Shown one piece after another: positions 23,852-36,047 of a stretch of DNA of 64,000 nt. The position numbers and the translations under genes were made by a program. The stretch's first letter is position 1, and each line of letters starts with the position of its first letter. The stretch spans positions 62,001 to 126,000 of the forward strand of contig JADEYG010000007.1 in the NCBI GenBank assembly GCA_016906335.1, read 5' to 3'. Under the pieces are notes generated by a model. That model ran no database searches and was not told where the DNA came from. It saw nothing but the letters and a program-made list of their open reading frames with translations. Origin of the DNA: Novakomyces olei (Eukaryota).

Positions 23852-26539
23852 TCAAACGTTTTCCGAAAAGCGTTTCCAGAAAGAAGTCGGTTCAGGCTAA
23901 AATTAAATATTAGTATGAGTTAAATAAAACCTCTCATTTTGAAATTTACCTTTGCTGCGATCTCATGCGAGGCACCGTTGACAAAATCCATATCTTCGTA
24001 TTTGATAACCTTAGTTTTATGATAAATTTTATATCCGACAAGAAGGACGGCAAAGAACGGAATAGGGAAATATGTCGTGATAAACGCCGAAGTATCGAAG
24101 CTGTGTACTAGATCATGTAAGCAAAAAATAAATAATGAAGAATGAAGAATGGATGCCGAAGTGTTATATTTCTTCTCAATCCTGGACTGTAGAACTTACT
24201 GAAACTGCTGAAGCCGCCAAATATTAAAACAATCGTACATACACTGATCCCGTCTATAAGCAAATGGTTAGCTTATTAAACAATCATGTTGTCATAAACA
24301 TACAATAGCTGAGATAAGGCTGAAATGGTGCTTTGTATGGCAGAGTATTGCGATCAATGCCTTGTGCTTTAAGCCCGTTTTGCCATCGAAGGTTTGTAAG
24401 AAGAATTCCGGTCCACGAGATCATGCCGCAAATTGCAGTCATGTTGGAGACTATAGGTTATTAGTTTCGAAAACTCCAATATCGAATTTAAAAAGATAAT
24501 TGAACAATAATCAAACAATAACATTTGGATTCCTCTTAGAACTTACAATAACCAAAGACAGTTCCAGCTCGGCCATGCTGGTCAGCAGCCATGAACGAAA
24601 GCAGAGCAAATGCACCGCAAAACAAGACACAGACCCACGGAAGGCCATCTTTACGTGTTTTGCCAAATATTTTAGGAGCATGGCCCCGGCTGTACAAACC
24701 ATACAAAGTACGCGATGAAACATAAAGATCTGCACAACCTGCAGACCATGCGCTAGTCAATAAAGCTGCGTTGATTATCGAAGGCAAAATACGAATTCCC
24801 GAATTCTGTAAAAATTGAGACGTTAGTACGATGCAGTCGACCAAATTATCAATTTATTCTTACGCTGATTGCAATAACAAAAGGGCTTCTGGCAGCAGTC
24901 GAACCGAGGTCCAATGATGGGTCATCTGGAGACACAAGCAGACCAATCTATTTTTAAGATTAGTAAACAAAAGATTGTTTTTCACATACCATAAAAGCGC
25001 TGATAACGTAGACTAGCAAATTAAACCACAATAATGTCAGCACATATACACCTGAAATAATCTAAAACATACAAAGGACAAGTCTAATCCAAACACTTTT
25101 GATCGCTTTCGGAACATTTCGGCGAGGCTAATAATGTTAGTATTAATGTACCAATATTTGACCTTACGTTTTCTGTTTCGGCTGCAGCTATGGCAGTAAT
25201 TTCAGTACCGATAAAAGCAAACGCAGCATTGATAAGGACTGTGATAAGGTCAGTTTACAAACTAAACTTTGCTTTTGACTCCAATTTTGATATTGGATAT
25301 TGCTTTAATACTTACCGCTAAAAAACCCAAGAAAACGGCCTTTAGCACCAGCAATCCCCTGATATTGCACAAACCCGCCAGTTTGATTCCAAAAACGAAA
25401 ACCAATCGCTTCGTGGTTAGGTCCACCACCGGCAGTAATGACAATCCCCGTTATAATCAACCCAACGACGGTAATGACCTAAAATTAAGAATTTTATATA
25501 TATATTCCTTTTTGTATACCTTGATTGAGCAAAACCAGAACTCCATTTCACCGTATAGCCAAGTGCCTCCAAAATTTACAATATACTAAGTCATTAGAGA
25601 GTCATTGCTTTTTTTTTGGTATAAACGAACCACGACGATAAGCATAAGTCCGACCCACATGGCATTACTGCAAATTCCAGTTGTACATGTTGAGTCGGGT
25701 CGACTTGCTGGAGTCCAATACGAGATCAAAACAGAGGCAGCAGATAACTCAGCCGGAAGTACGACTAAACAATTATTCATGTTAATATTTATGATCCAAA
25801 ATTTTTAAGTGGTCATAACATACTTATATAACTTTGTAAAAGGTTAGTCAATCCTTAATGTCAAAAGTTAATTCACTTACTTGTACCAAAAGAGCACGCC
25901 CATAGCGAAGCCAAGCTCAGGAGAGACGAATCTTCCGGCCAGCGCAAACTGGCCTCCAGGCATGGGAAATTGAGTAACCATTTCTCCCAAAGCCACCTTG
26001 AAAATAAGTTTAGCTTTTTGCTAGAAGACGCAAATTGTTACCATGACAGAGAATAAAAGCGCAGACATAATACAATATCCAAGCAGCAATCCCAAGGGCC
26101 CACCATGCTGCAAGTCGCTGGCAGTACCTAGAAAAAGTCCCGTTCCCTTTATTTAACGATTAATAACTACTAAGAAAACTAGGATTGTTTGTTCACTTAC
26201 AATTACTCCTCCAATTGCTATCATTTGCCTAAATACGGCGTTAGCTCGATCCAAGTAAACGATACGCTTACAAATGACGCGGCTTGTTATGTTAGCTTAG
26301 TTTCGTACACAACCAAGAGGGAGCTCAGTAGACAGAAAAAAATTAAACTAATATTATTTTTTAGGCGCAAAAGCAGTACCTTAAGAGATCTCTGTAAATT
26401 GACAGAATCGTTTCGTTCTTCAACAACGCCGACATCGTCTGAAGATGTCACTTGATTGGCCTCCAGGCCAGCGGTTTTCTCGTTTTCCTATAGCCATGGC
26501 TCAGTCTCGCTCGTCAATTTAAATTTTCCATACCGACAT
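23852..26539 (-). CDS. Amino acid permease (APC/YAT family) with ~18 introns
   Basis: Spliced [82 protein letters not shown]; stop at 23852. Confidence 0.85.
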
Positions 26540-26714
26540 TACTGTAATTTGGTGAAAAAAAGTGTCGAAATTAGGCTGCTTTATAATGTTCAACGCCTCA
26601 AAAGTCAAACGGCCCTCAGGCAATGTATATGTAGTCAAATAGAAAATCTATATACGATGTAATTGTTGAAATTTGTGCTCCGAATATGATTTTTTTTTCC
26701 AAAGTTCACCTTTT

Positions 26715-26905
26715 ATTTTAAATAGTGCAACAATCTTTATCTAGATAAGGGTTAAGGCGATAATACCACTTATCAGGAATTTTAAAACTCCGGCTAAAAT
26801 TCCGCGATCGCCGTCGGGAACAGCGGGATATTAGCCGACAGGATCCGAAAATCATTGATAAGGATAACACAACGTGTAAACTGTTTCAAGCTATACCTTA
26901 TCTAA
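26715..26905. promoter_or_regulatory. Cluster of GATA-factor sites plus CGG/CCG triplets in the divergent permease/aldolase promoter
   Basis: ttatctagataag, gataat, cttatc, tgataaggataa, cttatc; ccggct..ccgcg..ccgtcggg..gcggga. Confidence 0.55.
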
Positions 26906-26954
26906 GAAACCTTTCTTTCGCATCAAAAAAGGCGAAGACAGCACTAAAAATCAA

Positions 26955-28332
26955 ATGACAAGATCAATTGGCGAGCCCCGGCCTTTACCTCCCGGCCTTT
27001 ACGGTCCATTGCCAACCTTTTTCACGCAAGACCAGGAGATTGATTATCAAAGCTATGGGAAACATACACTTCGTACGTCAAGATGTTGATTAAATTGACT
27101 AACTTCAAGATCTTGCAAAGAATGGAATAAGTGCGTTTCCTGCCTTTGTTACTTTCTAATACTTAACAATAACAGTTCCAGTATGTATGGGATCACTAGG
27201 CGAGGCAGTGCATTTGGTAATGATTGAACCGCATATTTCTTTACATTGGTCTTCCCATTTTTCTAATTGTTTAGAGCTTTGAAGAGCGCATAGATGTCAT
27301 CAAATTTGTCCGCTCTCTGCTCGACCGGGAAGGCCTATCTGAAATGCCTATTGTCGCTGGAGTTGGAGGCTCGAGTACTCGTGAGACCATCCGACTCAGT
27401 AAAGCAGCAGCAGACGCTGGAGCGTAAGTCATCTCTACTCTGCAAATAATCTTATTGTCCAGCGATGCAGGGATGGTGATTCTACCTGCTTATTACGCGG
27501 CTGCCCTGAATTCTGATCAAGATCAAGTCATACAATATTATGTTGATATCTGTGAAGCTTCTCCGGTAAGATTCGTTTTAATTGCTCTTTTCTTATTTCC
27601 ACGCAAAAATGCCTTTGTTTATTTCTATTTTCATTTTAATAACGTCCAAGATTCCAATTTTGTTGTACAATTTTCCTGCAAATGCAGCAGGCCAGGACAT
27701 GTCTTCGGAGGTTATTGAATCAATAATTCATCGTGCCACGAATCTGTGTGGAGTAAAACTGACGTATGTGCAATCGCTTTTAATCAACCAAATCTAAATT
27801 TGATACAGCTGTGGTGGAAGCGTGGGAAAGCTAATTAGACTCACGGCTGCTTTCCGGGAAAATCCGCATCTGAACGAAGCCCGCAAGTTCCCTTTTTTAT
27901 TCCTAGACGGCTTGATTGCCGATTTCATGCCATGGATGGCATTTGGCGGTCATGGGACTGTAAGCGGTGTGCCCAATTTTGCTCCAAAAGCAAGCTCGCG
28001 CCTTTGGCAACTTTGCACAAAATCGGAACCTCTGGAGCCAGAAGAGAAAAAGGAGGCAGAGAAAATACAGGCTGTTCTTTCTAGAGCAGACGCTTTTGCT
28101 GTTCCTGCCGGAATACGAGGAATGAGTAAGCCGATCATATTTAATAAATAATAAATAAATATAAGAACGACACATCAAAAGCTAACTTCATTTTATAGAG
28201 TACGCACTGCACAAGCTGCATGGGTATTCTGTGCATCCGAGAAAGCCGCTGTTACCTCTGAGCGACAAGGAAGGTGCCGAATTTTTCAAGACTCTAGACG
28301 AGCTCGTTGCTTTAGAAAAAACAATAGTTTAG
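26955..28332 (+). CDS. DHDPS/NAL-family class I aldolase (copy 1), multi-intron
   Basis: RPLPPGLYGPLPTFF, GSLGEA, IVAGVGGSSTRETI, ILLYNFP (Tyr), CGVKLT (Schiff-base Lys), GTVSGVPNFAP, PRKPLLP. Confidence 0.87.
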
Positions 28333-29596
28333 AGAACACTTTTCGTGTATGCTCAGTAACCGAGAAAACTCATCGGAGAGCAATACATACTACTAGATAC
28401 TTTAAGCAGATCTAATGATCTTTAGCTGGAAATGCAATTTAAATGCTGAATTACTTTTTGGTGCGAGTGACCTACCATTGGAGGTGCATTAGTCTTTACT
28501 GGTTTATATTTATTTCTTACCACGTTTTATGTAACAAGAAAAAAGATATACCCGTGCGTATTAATTCGCGTTGCGCATTACATAATCAATTATACTTGTC
28601 TGTCAACTATCTTGTTCTAAGTAAATTATGCGCGGCGCAATCTACTTGATGTCTAGTTGGCACGTTTTATAAGTAATATTCTAAAAAGCTTTGATGCCAA
28701 CCCTTGCCTGACCCTTTCTGTAATTCCTATATTCTCTCCGCCCCCTCAAATTAAATTGGTTTAAAACTTGGGTATCCGGCGAACAACAGTCGAGCAACGG
28801 CCAAGATCAAATATGGACTTTATATTTATTTAGAAAACTTAGCCTCCTTCTGCGAAATCGAATTTGACTAGAATCAGGAGGTTTCGCTCAAACCGCTGGA
28901 CTGTTCAAGACAGAGCGGGGACTATATAAGGAAAGGATATCCGGAAAGGAGAACTTTCTTGTCATAAGATAAACATTTCGTAAACGAAGCTTAGTTCACT
29001 CACTCTATTATATAATTGAAAAAAAAATTCAACGACTCTTGATCGACGCGAGCTATTCATGGGACTTCCACATACCTTCCCCATGAGATCGACAGATCAT
29101 ATCTAATCATAGAATTAATTTCATGGGGTAGAAACTTCGAATTACTAATTCGGACTTAGTACAGTGTCTTGTCGCAAGAATAAATTTGTAATCAATCAAA
29201 TGCATATATAGTATTATGTAATGTTCTATTTCTACAAAGATTCTACAAATTAGTCTTCGGCCGGATTAATTAATTATTCTTTTTGAGGCAACGTTTGAAG
29301 TCGCAATTTATAATCAAGACTGAGTCTGGCCTGTCTATATACATTTGGCGTGGCGAAACTCGCAGCGGTATAAAGTAAACAATTCTGCCCTTTTGCGCCT
29401 CTATTTGTGTGCCGGCTACAAAGAGCAGCAAACACGAACATTATCTAATTTCGTATTGCCTTCCCTTCTCCACAATCACTCGGCTTGTATCAGGAGGCAC
29501 AGTATTGAAGGCATAATAAAAATAAACCAATGCAATTACGTTCGGTAGCAGCAAACTGAAACGGCCTGCAAATATTGATCATTCAGCGTCTCAGTC

Positions 29597-31147
29597 ATGT
29601 CTCTCTTTTCAGACTCATTTGTGGGCCTGCTAATTAATTCTCTGTCTAAAGGCAGACTCTGTGTATCAAGTGTTGATAGGTACGTTGATGCCCTGGACGA
29701 GAAAGACTTGCCCGATGTCAAGGCTACACAGCACGTGGTTGACTGGGACAGTGATGCTGATCCTCTGAGCCCTTTAAACTGGGGGTTCTGGAAACGCGTC
29801 TTTGTTACTTTTCACGTGTGCATCCTTACTTTTGCCGTGTACGTTGGCTCTGCCATTTTCACACCGGCGGTGGTGACAATTGCACAGGAATACGGCGTCT
29901 CTGTTGTAGCTGCCACACTTGGTCTGAGTCTTTTCGTTATTGGCTACGCAGTGGGACCGTGTTTTCTCTCCCCTCTATCGGAAACTCCACAAATAGGCCG
30001 ACGTAATATCTATGTTATTACTCTGGCTATGTTTTGTGTCTTCCAAGCCGGTGTGGCTACTGTGAAAACGTTTGGCGGGTTCATAGTTATAAGGTTTATC
30101 AGTGCCTTTATCGGGTCTCCGCCTTTGGCCACTGGTGGAGCTACTGTAGGTGACCTCTGGCCCCAGCATCTTGTTCCCTTTGTTATGTGCTTTTGGGCAC
30201 TCGGAGCCATTGGCGGACCCGTCTTGGGGCCATTGCTTGGTGCTGCTATGGAAGTAGCAGTCGATTGGCGCTTTATTTTCTGGTTTCTTATGATTGTTTC
30301 CGGTGCTGTTTTGATTTTATTGGCTTTCAGTATGCCAGAAACATCGCATGCGAACATTTTGTATCGTAAAGCAAAACGACTACGCTGGCGCACGGGTAAT
30401 AACGAAATAAAATCGCAGGGAGAAATCGATGGGGCACATATGACGCTACGCGAAGTAGTGGTAATGCTACTTCTAAGGCCCTGTATGCTTTGTGTCAGTG
30501 AACCCATTGTCCTCATGTTGAACTTGCACCTTGCCCTCGCCTACGCCATTTTATATATTTACTTTGAAGCCTTCCCTATTGCATTTATTGAGATTTACGG
30601 GTTCAGTAGTGTTGAACTGGGTGCCTCGTTTTTAGCGGTTTTGGTGGGGGCTATTATAACAATCACACTTTATTGTGTATACCTGTTTCGCTATTTGATC
30701 CCGCGAATATTAACAAAGGGAATCGTACCGGAAGACTATTTGCCCATCATGTTTCCGGCAGCCATAATTATGCCAATCAGCCTTTTTTGGTTTGGATGGA
30801 CGGTTAATAGGCATGTTCATTGGATCGTTCCCCTTATCTCGTCTGCTTTTTATTCGGGTAGCGTATTTTTGTTTTTCCAATCAATCATGCTCTACCTGGT
30901 AGCCTCTTACCCAAATTACATAGCTTCTGTTTTGGCTGGAAATGATTTGTTTCGCTCTGGTGTTGCAGCTGCCTTTCCCTTGTTTTCACGAGCGATGTTC
31001 CGAAACACGGGGAACAGTTATGCGCCTCTTGGATGGGGCTGTACTATTCTCGGTGTCATCGCTTGTATAATGGCACCAATACCGTTTATTCTTTACCGTC
31101 TAGGGCTCAAGCTTCGACAGCGATCACGATATGCTTCTGCTCCTTGA
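29597..31147 (+). CDS. MFS drug:H+ antiporter DHA1 family (FLR1/Caf5-like)
   Basis: Intronless 516 aa; VDWD..DPLSPLNW, LSPLSE..GRR, GSPPLATGGAT, GPVLGP, PET, ASVLAGNDLFRS. Confidence 0.9.
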   Translation: MSLFSDSFVGLLINSLSKGRLCVSSVDRYVDALDEKDLPDVKATQHVVDWDSDADPLSPLNWGFWKRVFVTFHVCILTFAVYVGSAIFTPAVVTIAQEYGVSVVAATLGLSLFVIGYAVGPCFLSPLSETPQIGRRNIYVITLAMFCVFQAGVATVKTFGGFIVIRFISAFIGSPPLATGGATVGDLWPQHLVPFVMCFWALGAIGGPVLGPLLGAAMEVAVDWRFIFWFLMIVSGAVLILLAFSMPETSHANILYRKAKRLRWRTGNNEIKSQGEIDGAHMTLREVVVMLLLRPCMLCVSEPIVLMLNLHLALAYAILYIYFEAFPIAFIEIYGFSSVELGASFLAVLVGAIITITLYCVYLFRYLIPRILTKGIVPEDYLPIMFPAAIIMPISLFWFGWTVNRHVHWIVPLISSAFYSGSVFLFFQSIMLYLVASYPNYIASVLAGNDLFRSGVAAAFPLFSRAMFRNTGNSYAPLGWGCTILGVIACIMAPIPFILYRLGLKLRQRSRYASAP

Positions 31148-31971
31148 AGATGGTTGTTTGTTGATCTTTATGCTCATGGTTGCTCTACTAATTTTACCGT
31201 GATTATCCTGCTATTAGTTCGTTCCTGAACGTATATTTCGTTATTTCTGGTTTATTCAGTAATTGGCTCTTTATATTTAGAGTTTATTATCAGCGTATTG
31301 TCTTATCGGATGTATATTATTTTCGTTTTTCCAATCGTTTTTGAGTCAGATAATTGATAATTTTTGTTTGTATGCCACGTGACATATCTCAACCGTCGAT
31401 CGCCGTCAGTTCTCCGACCAAAACCTGATCGATATGACGTAGGTTGTCCTAAAATGTACCTAAAATCTTTACTGCGTGTAAGTAATAGTTTTATTGTTAA
31501 TGATTGGTCCAAAGTTTCAACAGACGTAGTACATAACTCTCAAATGGGCGATATATGAATTTTACTTATCGACACCCTTATTCTCCGGTACGATGCGGCA
31601 ATTATTTGCATCGATGGGACAAGCGGTAATTAAATTTTAGCTAAATTATAGTGAGTTGACTACATAGAAAATATTGCTGGTGGGCGTGTGTGAGGAAGCA
31701 ATAGCACTCATAATTTTTCCGTCAAAAATTTTGCCTCCACATCAATCGCTCAGTATTTATGCTTAAAGTGCCATAAAGTTGTCATAATTACGTACAATCC
31801 CAATAAGAGCCGGCCGATAAAGATAAAATTGCAATAAGGGCCTTATTGCTTATTGCATCCGAAAGCGTGCCGTTATGGCCATATAAATAGCGATCGCATC
31901 TTCGCACTAGTCCCATTAGTTTTTAAGCTCTCGTCTCTAATCACAGTTTCAATTGTTTTTAAACATTCATA

Positions 31972-32850
31972 ATGTCAGAGACAAACAACGAGTTCAAAGT
32001 GGAGTCGCTCTTCAACGTGCAGGGCAAAGTTGCCCTGGTTACTGGAGGTGGAAGTGGTTTGGGTCTTATTGGTGCACAAGCACTGGCAGTAAATGGAGCC
32101 AAAGTATACATTACGGGCCGTACATTGGAAAAGCTGGAAACGGTCGCCGAGACATACTCAAAGAACGCGTCCGGACAAATTATTCCTATCGCCGCTGATG
32201 TTACAACAAAGGAGGGAATTTCGCATTTAGTTTCCGAAATTGAAAAGCGTGAAAAATGCCTGTGCATTTTGTATAACAACGCCGGAATCGATGGTCCCAA
32301 TTTTAAAACGGACTCTAAAACCGCAGAAGAATGGAAGGAAAACTTATTTGACGATAAAAGGGCACAGTTTGAAGATTGGACCAACGAATACCGAACAAAT
32401 GTAGCGCAAGGCTATTTTATGACTACGGCATTTTTACCGCTTTTGCAGAAGGCAACAGAGACGCACCACGGCTATTCTGGGGTAGTCATAAACACTACCT
32501 CAATGTCTGGAATAATTAAAAACGCTCAGTATCATTTTGCTTACAATGCTTCCAAGGCAGCAGCTATCCATCTTTCAAATCTTTTAGCTGCAGAATTAAT
32601 TACTTCTGGCATTAAAGTACGGGTCAACAATATTGCTCCAGGCGTTTTTCCCTCCGAGATGACTACGGGCAAGAGCGATGAGCATCAAAGATCTTATTTG
32701 CCCAAAGATTCCCTTTTGGACGTGCCAGCACAACGACCTGCAAATTATCGCGATTTAGCCAGTGCTCTTTTGTTTGCTATTACTAATACCTATGTGAATG
32801 GTCAAACTATTGTTGTGGACGGTGGTGTTTCGGCTCTCGGTGGGAATTAG
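31972..32850 (+). CDS. Short-chain dehydrogenase/reductase
   Basis: TGGGSGLG, NNAG, YNASK (YxxxK), RVNNIAPGVFPSEM, VDGG. Confidence 0.9.
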   Translation: MSETNNEFKVESLFNVQGKVALVTGGGSGLGLIGAQALAVNGAKVYITGRTLEKLETVAETYSKNASGQIIPIAADVTTKEGISHLVSEIEKREKCLCILYNNAGIDGPNFKTDSKTAEEWKENLFDDKRAQFEDWTNEYRTNVAQGYFMTTAFLPLLQKATETHHGYSGVVINTTSMSGIIKNAQYHFAYNASKAAAIHLSNLLAAELITSGIKVRVNNIAPGVFPSEMTTGKSDEHQRSYLPKDSLLDVPAQRPANYRDLASALLFAITNTYVNGQTIVVDGGVSALGGN

Positions 32851-34236
32851 TTTGTAAATTTTGGTGCTGGTTGATGTCATGATGGTTAACAGTATTTCAT
32901 GAATAAAATAGCTAATGAAGATGAAAATTGATTAGTGATTAAATGCACAAGGCAAAGTAAGGTAGTCTATTTGTAATTATAATGCTTAGTATTGCGCGGT
33001 CGTATGTTGTTTTTGCATTGCAATCATGCCTTATCAAATTCAGAATATATTTGCAGTTGAAAGGAAGCGACTCCATATTCTATCTTTTACCCGAAAGAGC
33101 TTTTTAATTACGTCCAAATGTTATAAAATTTCAGAATTCAAAATTTGCTATTAAAGCGTGGGCGCTGCCTTTGTCTCTCAAAAATAATCTACTCTTTCGA
33201 ATCATTTTTCTCAATATTTCAAAATTTGATAATCGGAATCCGGGTTCGATTATTTGTTTAATGCTTCTCAAGATTTTAAATTTAGCTTGGTCCGTCGAGA
33301 CTTGTGTAAAACTTTGAAATCTCTGTAAACAATTTACATCAAAAGAGACCAGTTAAATTGGCCCTCTATGCGGCTTGGTGCACTTCATTGTTCGAACAGA
33401 CGTCACATGAGAGCAAATCAGTTTCGACTGGTTTGTTCTGTGATCGGTCTAACATCCATTTCGCATCTTCCAGTCTTACATCCGAATATTAATGACTTAC
33501 AGAAAACAGCTGGATATGATATGTCAGGGTCAAATGATATAATTACGCACGCCGTAGCATTTATTTTCCTGTTAACCCTCCTAATTTAGATCAACAGAAG
33601 AGTCATGTTGTGGGTAATGAACGCAACTTCATGCAATTTGTGTCAAAGCAACATTTAAAAGCTGTCATGAACACTTTACAAAATCAGAGATAATCCAACT
33701 AGGCTGATATCGCATTTTAAACTTTTTGAACTTTAATGTGACCCTATCTTTGCTTCGAGCCAAATGTATTCAATAGTCTGCCATTCCATGTAGCATACAG
33801 CCATGATTTAGAACATGATGGTATTATATGGCTATATTATTCACACGCACAAGTCGCACATGGATAGCTATGAAATAACGAGATTTTGTCAACCCGCACA
33901 AAATATCCTATTACATCATCAATCAAGGTGAATTGCGTTTCATTTAAATCTCTTCTTGCAGATTTTCTTCAGCAGTAAAACTGAGCAAATTCTTACAACA
34001 CGGCAGGTCTTTGAAGTCTAGCACAAAAGATGCTATCTTTCATTGTTAGACCGAACTTGATTGGTTAAAATATATGTCACTTACGATCGACAATCACGTG
34101 ACATTGCTTAATTCTAACAAATAATGGCGATAGCCCACGCAACACATACGTGGGATGTATGAGGTTCTTCGACCGTTCGTCCCCCAATGGCTCTGTTGTA
34201 TCCAATTTTAAACGAAAGGGAATGGCTTTTAATATA

Positions 34237-35948
34237 ATGCGCGTTGCCGTGATCGGAGCAGGCGTATCTGGTGTAACTACTGCTGCTCATTTAAAGTCTG
34301 AAGGTGTAAAAGTCACTGTGTTCGAGCGCGCATCAACATCGGGCGGTGTCTGGTAGGTAAAAACGGAAAATCAAATATATGCAACGACCCATGCTGATGG
34401 TTTAGGGTTTATAATGAGAAAAAACCGCCAGAGCCGACATACCCATCACTAATTGCTTCAAAGGCCGAATATGCCTATCATAAAGACGGAGACGTCACCG
34501 ATTCTGTAAAGCATTCGCCGCCAACGTAAATTATATTCAACTTGCTCATTAATTTAACTAACAAAACAGTCCCTGCTATAAATCGTTATATAACAATGTG
34601 CCCACACAGCTGCTTGAACTTAGTGTTCACAAGTGGAAACAAGGAACGGGTCCTTTTGTTCCCCACCATACGGTAGCGGATTATATTCAAGATACGGCAA
34701 GGGCAACAAGTGTCGAGGACGATGTGCAGTACAATACAAAAGTCGAGAATTTATGGAAAGAAAATGGACACTGGAAGATACAGACAGTGACTCGTGCTTC
34801 TTCAGCTCCTGAGTTTCGAACAAGACTTTGGGTATTATACATTGTTTCTTTATTTGATTTTTCTTTTCTGTATCCGTTTTTTAATAGAGGTGTTATCTGC
34901 TTCTACTTTTTGACATGACCCAGAAATTTCGTCATATCTAGCATAACTAATAGTTTAGACATTTGGTGCAGTCGTAGTGGCCAGCGGACACTATAACGCA
35001 CCATTAGTCCCAGCCTTCGACGGCTTGGCCGAATGGAAAAATGCTTTCCCAGACTATATACAGCACTCCAAATCTTATCGAGGCGCACATGGATTTGAAA
35101 ACAAGGTAATCAAATATAATTTAGAGCAAACATATGATTTTTCAAATGGTTGTTTTAATTGTGCACACTTGAATACTTATTCAGACCAGAATGTGCTTTT
35201 GATTGGGGGTGCGACATCTTCATTCGATATTGCAAAAGATCTTAGCCCACACGTGCACAAAATATTTCAGTCTACGCGAAAAGGGCTTTTTGATCATCCA
35301 GTGGAATGGTTACCGTCAAATGCTCTTCAAGTAGGTCCTATCGCTTCATTCAACACCCTCATTGAAGACAAAGAAGGCAATCCTTCAGATTTAGGCTCGG
35401 TTACCCTTAAAGACGGGGCCGTTTTAGATCAGATCGATAGAGTTATTGTCTGTACTGGTTATCAATTCAGTCTTCCCTTTATACCCGCAAGTCTTCATCG
35501 CGATGACATTTGCAGCGCAAAAGCCGATGACAAAGTTTTAGTGACGGACGGTACTATGATACACAATCTGTTTCGTGACATTTTCTATATTTCTGACCAA
35601 ACTCTTTCTTTTGTTGGGATACCTTATCACGTCGCCACTTTTTCGCTTTTTGAGTTTCAGGCTATTGCAATTGCCGCTGTTTACTCTGGCCAAACAAAAC
35701 TTCCGTCAGAGGCTGATATGCGTGCGGATTATAGCCTCAAGCTTGAACGAAATGGAGTTGGCAAAGCTTTTCATTCCTTAAAGAATAAAGATATTGATTA
35801 CGCAGCAAATTTGATGTCTCTGGTGAATGCAGGAAGGCACATGCCAAGTAGAAAGGCGGAAGGCTACACTCAAGAATGGATAAAGCAACGAGATTTCCTT
35901 GCATCGAGGATTAATACTGTGAAGGAAAAAGGAGTTAGTATCAACTGA
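34237..35948 (+). CDS. Flavin-containing monooxygenase (FMO-like, class B)
   Basis: RVAVIGAGVSG, FER..GGVW, ASGHYNAP, HSKSYR, CTGY; four GT-AG introns; an alternative ATG at 34222 is possible. Confidence 0.87.
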
Positions 35949-36047
35949 GCCGACTTAGTTTGACGATATAGCAAATTTGCAACTGAATTTTTCACATTTT
36001 AATTGATTCTGCAGTTCTTCATTTACTTGTATACTGCAAGGCAAATG

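Noticed and set aside
33230-33255. GGTTCGA-containing hairpin resembling a tRNA T-arm
   Set aside because: No cloverleaf or acceptor stem can be built around it
33368-33830. Short ORFs and an intron-like segment in the SDR-FMO intergenic region
   Set aside because: No coherent spliced ORF or recognisable motif could be assembled
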